A stretch of DNA of 64,000 nt. It comes from Nanobdellota archaeon (lineage in GTDB: Archaea > Nanobdellota > Nanobdellia > Pacearchaeales > GW2011-AR1). This document shows positions 63,829-64,000 of this stretch, piece by piece. Position 1 is the first letter of the stretch, and every line of letters starts with the position of its first letter. Position numbers and translations under genes: made by a program. The stretch spans positions 2,249 to 66,248 of the forward strand of contig JAUSKC010000013.1 of NCBI GenBank assembly GCA_030647125.1, read 5' to 3'. The notes beneath the pieces are model-generated. The model searched no databases. It was given only the letters and a program-made list of their open reading frames with translations, and was not told the origin of the DNA.

Positions 63829-63857
63829 GTTTTTGAAAAAAACAATCTTCAAGAAAA

Positions 63858-63974
63858 CTACTTCACCTTAACTCTATGCTCTTCTAAACATTCATAACAC
63901 ACCCAATTCAAATAAAAAGAATCGTATTTTTTTGGCGTACCGCACTTGTCACAGAAGATTTCATCCTTATCCAT
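63858..63974 (-). CDS. small zinc-ribbon protein (38 aa, not in ORF track)
   Basis: ATG 63972-63974 to TAG 63858-63860 gives MDKDEIFCDKCGTPKKYDSFYLNWVCYECLEEHRVKVK (CxxC...CxxC). Confidence 0.35.
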   Translation of the reverse strand: MDKDEIFCDKCGTPKKYDSFYLNWVCYECLEEHRVKVK

Positions 63975-64000
63975 AATAGTCAACTTACAAACAGATTAAG

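Noticed and set aside
62567-63852. Minus-strand ORFs 62567..62827, 62871..63104, 63509..63703 and 63598..63852
   Set aside because: They overlap the hairpin modules, rps3ae or tRNA-Thr, and have odd composition. They were judged spurious.

Overview
AT-rich, tightly packed archaeal window. MCM, TFB, TFE, aIF-1A, aIF-2beta, EndA, LSm, GatDE and ribosomal proteins S8e/S17e/S3Ae sit beside bacterial-type enzymes (MnmA, DisA, bacterial-type AspRS/LeuRS/AlaRS). There are many small membrane proteins and very short spacers. I read this as a DPANN-like reduced genome, which is inference only. All calls rest on motif reading of the ORF track and the DNA; no database search was run.

Content: about 75 CDS and 8 tRNAs (Asn-GTT, Arg-TCG, Met-CAT, Cys-GCA, Arg-TCT, Leu-TAG, Val-GAC, Thr-TGT). 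No rRNA, CRISPR array, integrase or transposase was seen. Five aminoacyl-tRNA synthetases and both amidotransferases (GatCAB and GatDE) are present.

Most notable observations:
1. LeuRS carries a complete RBBP9/YdeN-type serine-hydrolase domain nested at the entry to its editing domain.
2. A roughly 10-kb surface locus holds a 2039-aa secreted Cys-rich protein ending in a lytic-transglycosylase (SLT) domain. It is translationally coupled to a 626-aa protein with a type-IV-pilin-like signal and lies opposite a Pro/Thr-linker surface protein. The locus is bracketed by an approximately 80-nt direct-repeat module.
3. Three hairpins share a conserved loop (CAACGGAGGCAAT) but have covarying stems, each about 45 nt after a stop codon.
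4. gatE is interrupted by an in-frame TAG and followed by its conserved C-terminal tail.
5. A bacterial-type DisA is coupled to a DHH/DHHA1 phosphoesterase.
6. GlyRS has a roughly 150-aa N-terminal appended module.
7. Also noted: tandem promoter/hairpin repeats, partial duplications of tRNA ends, and several small genes missing from the ORF track.
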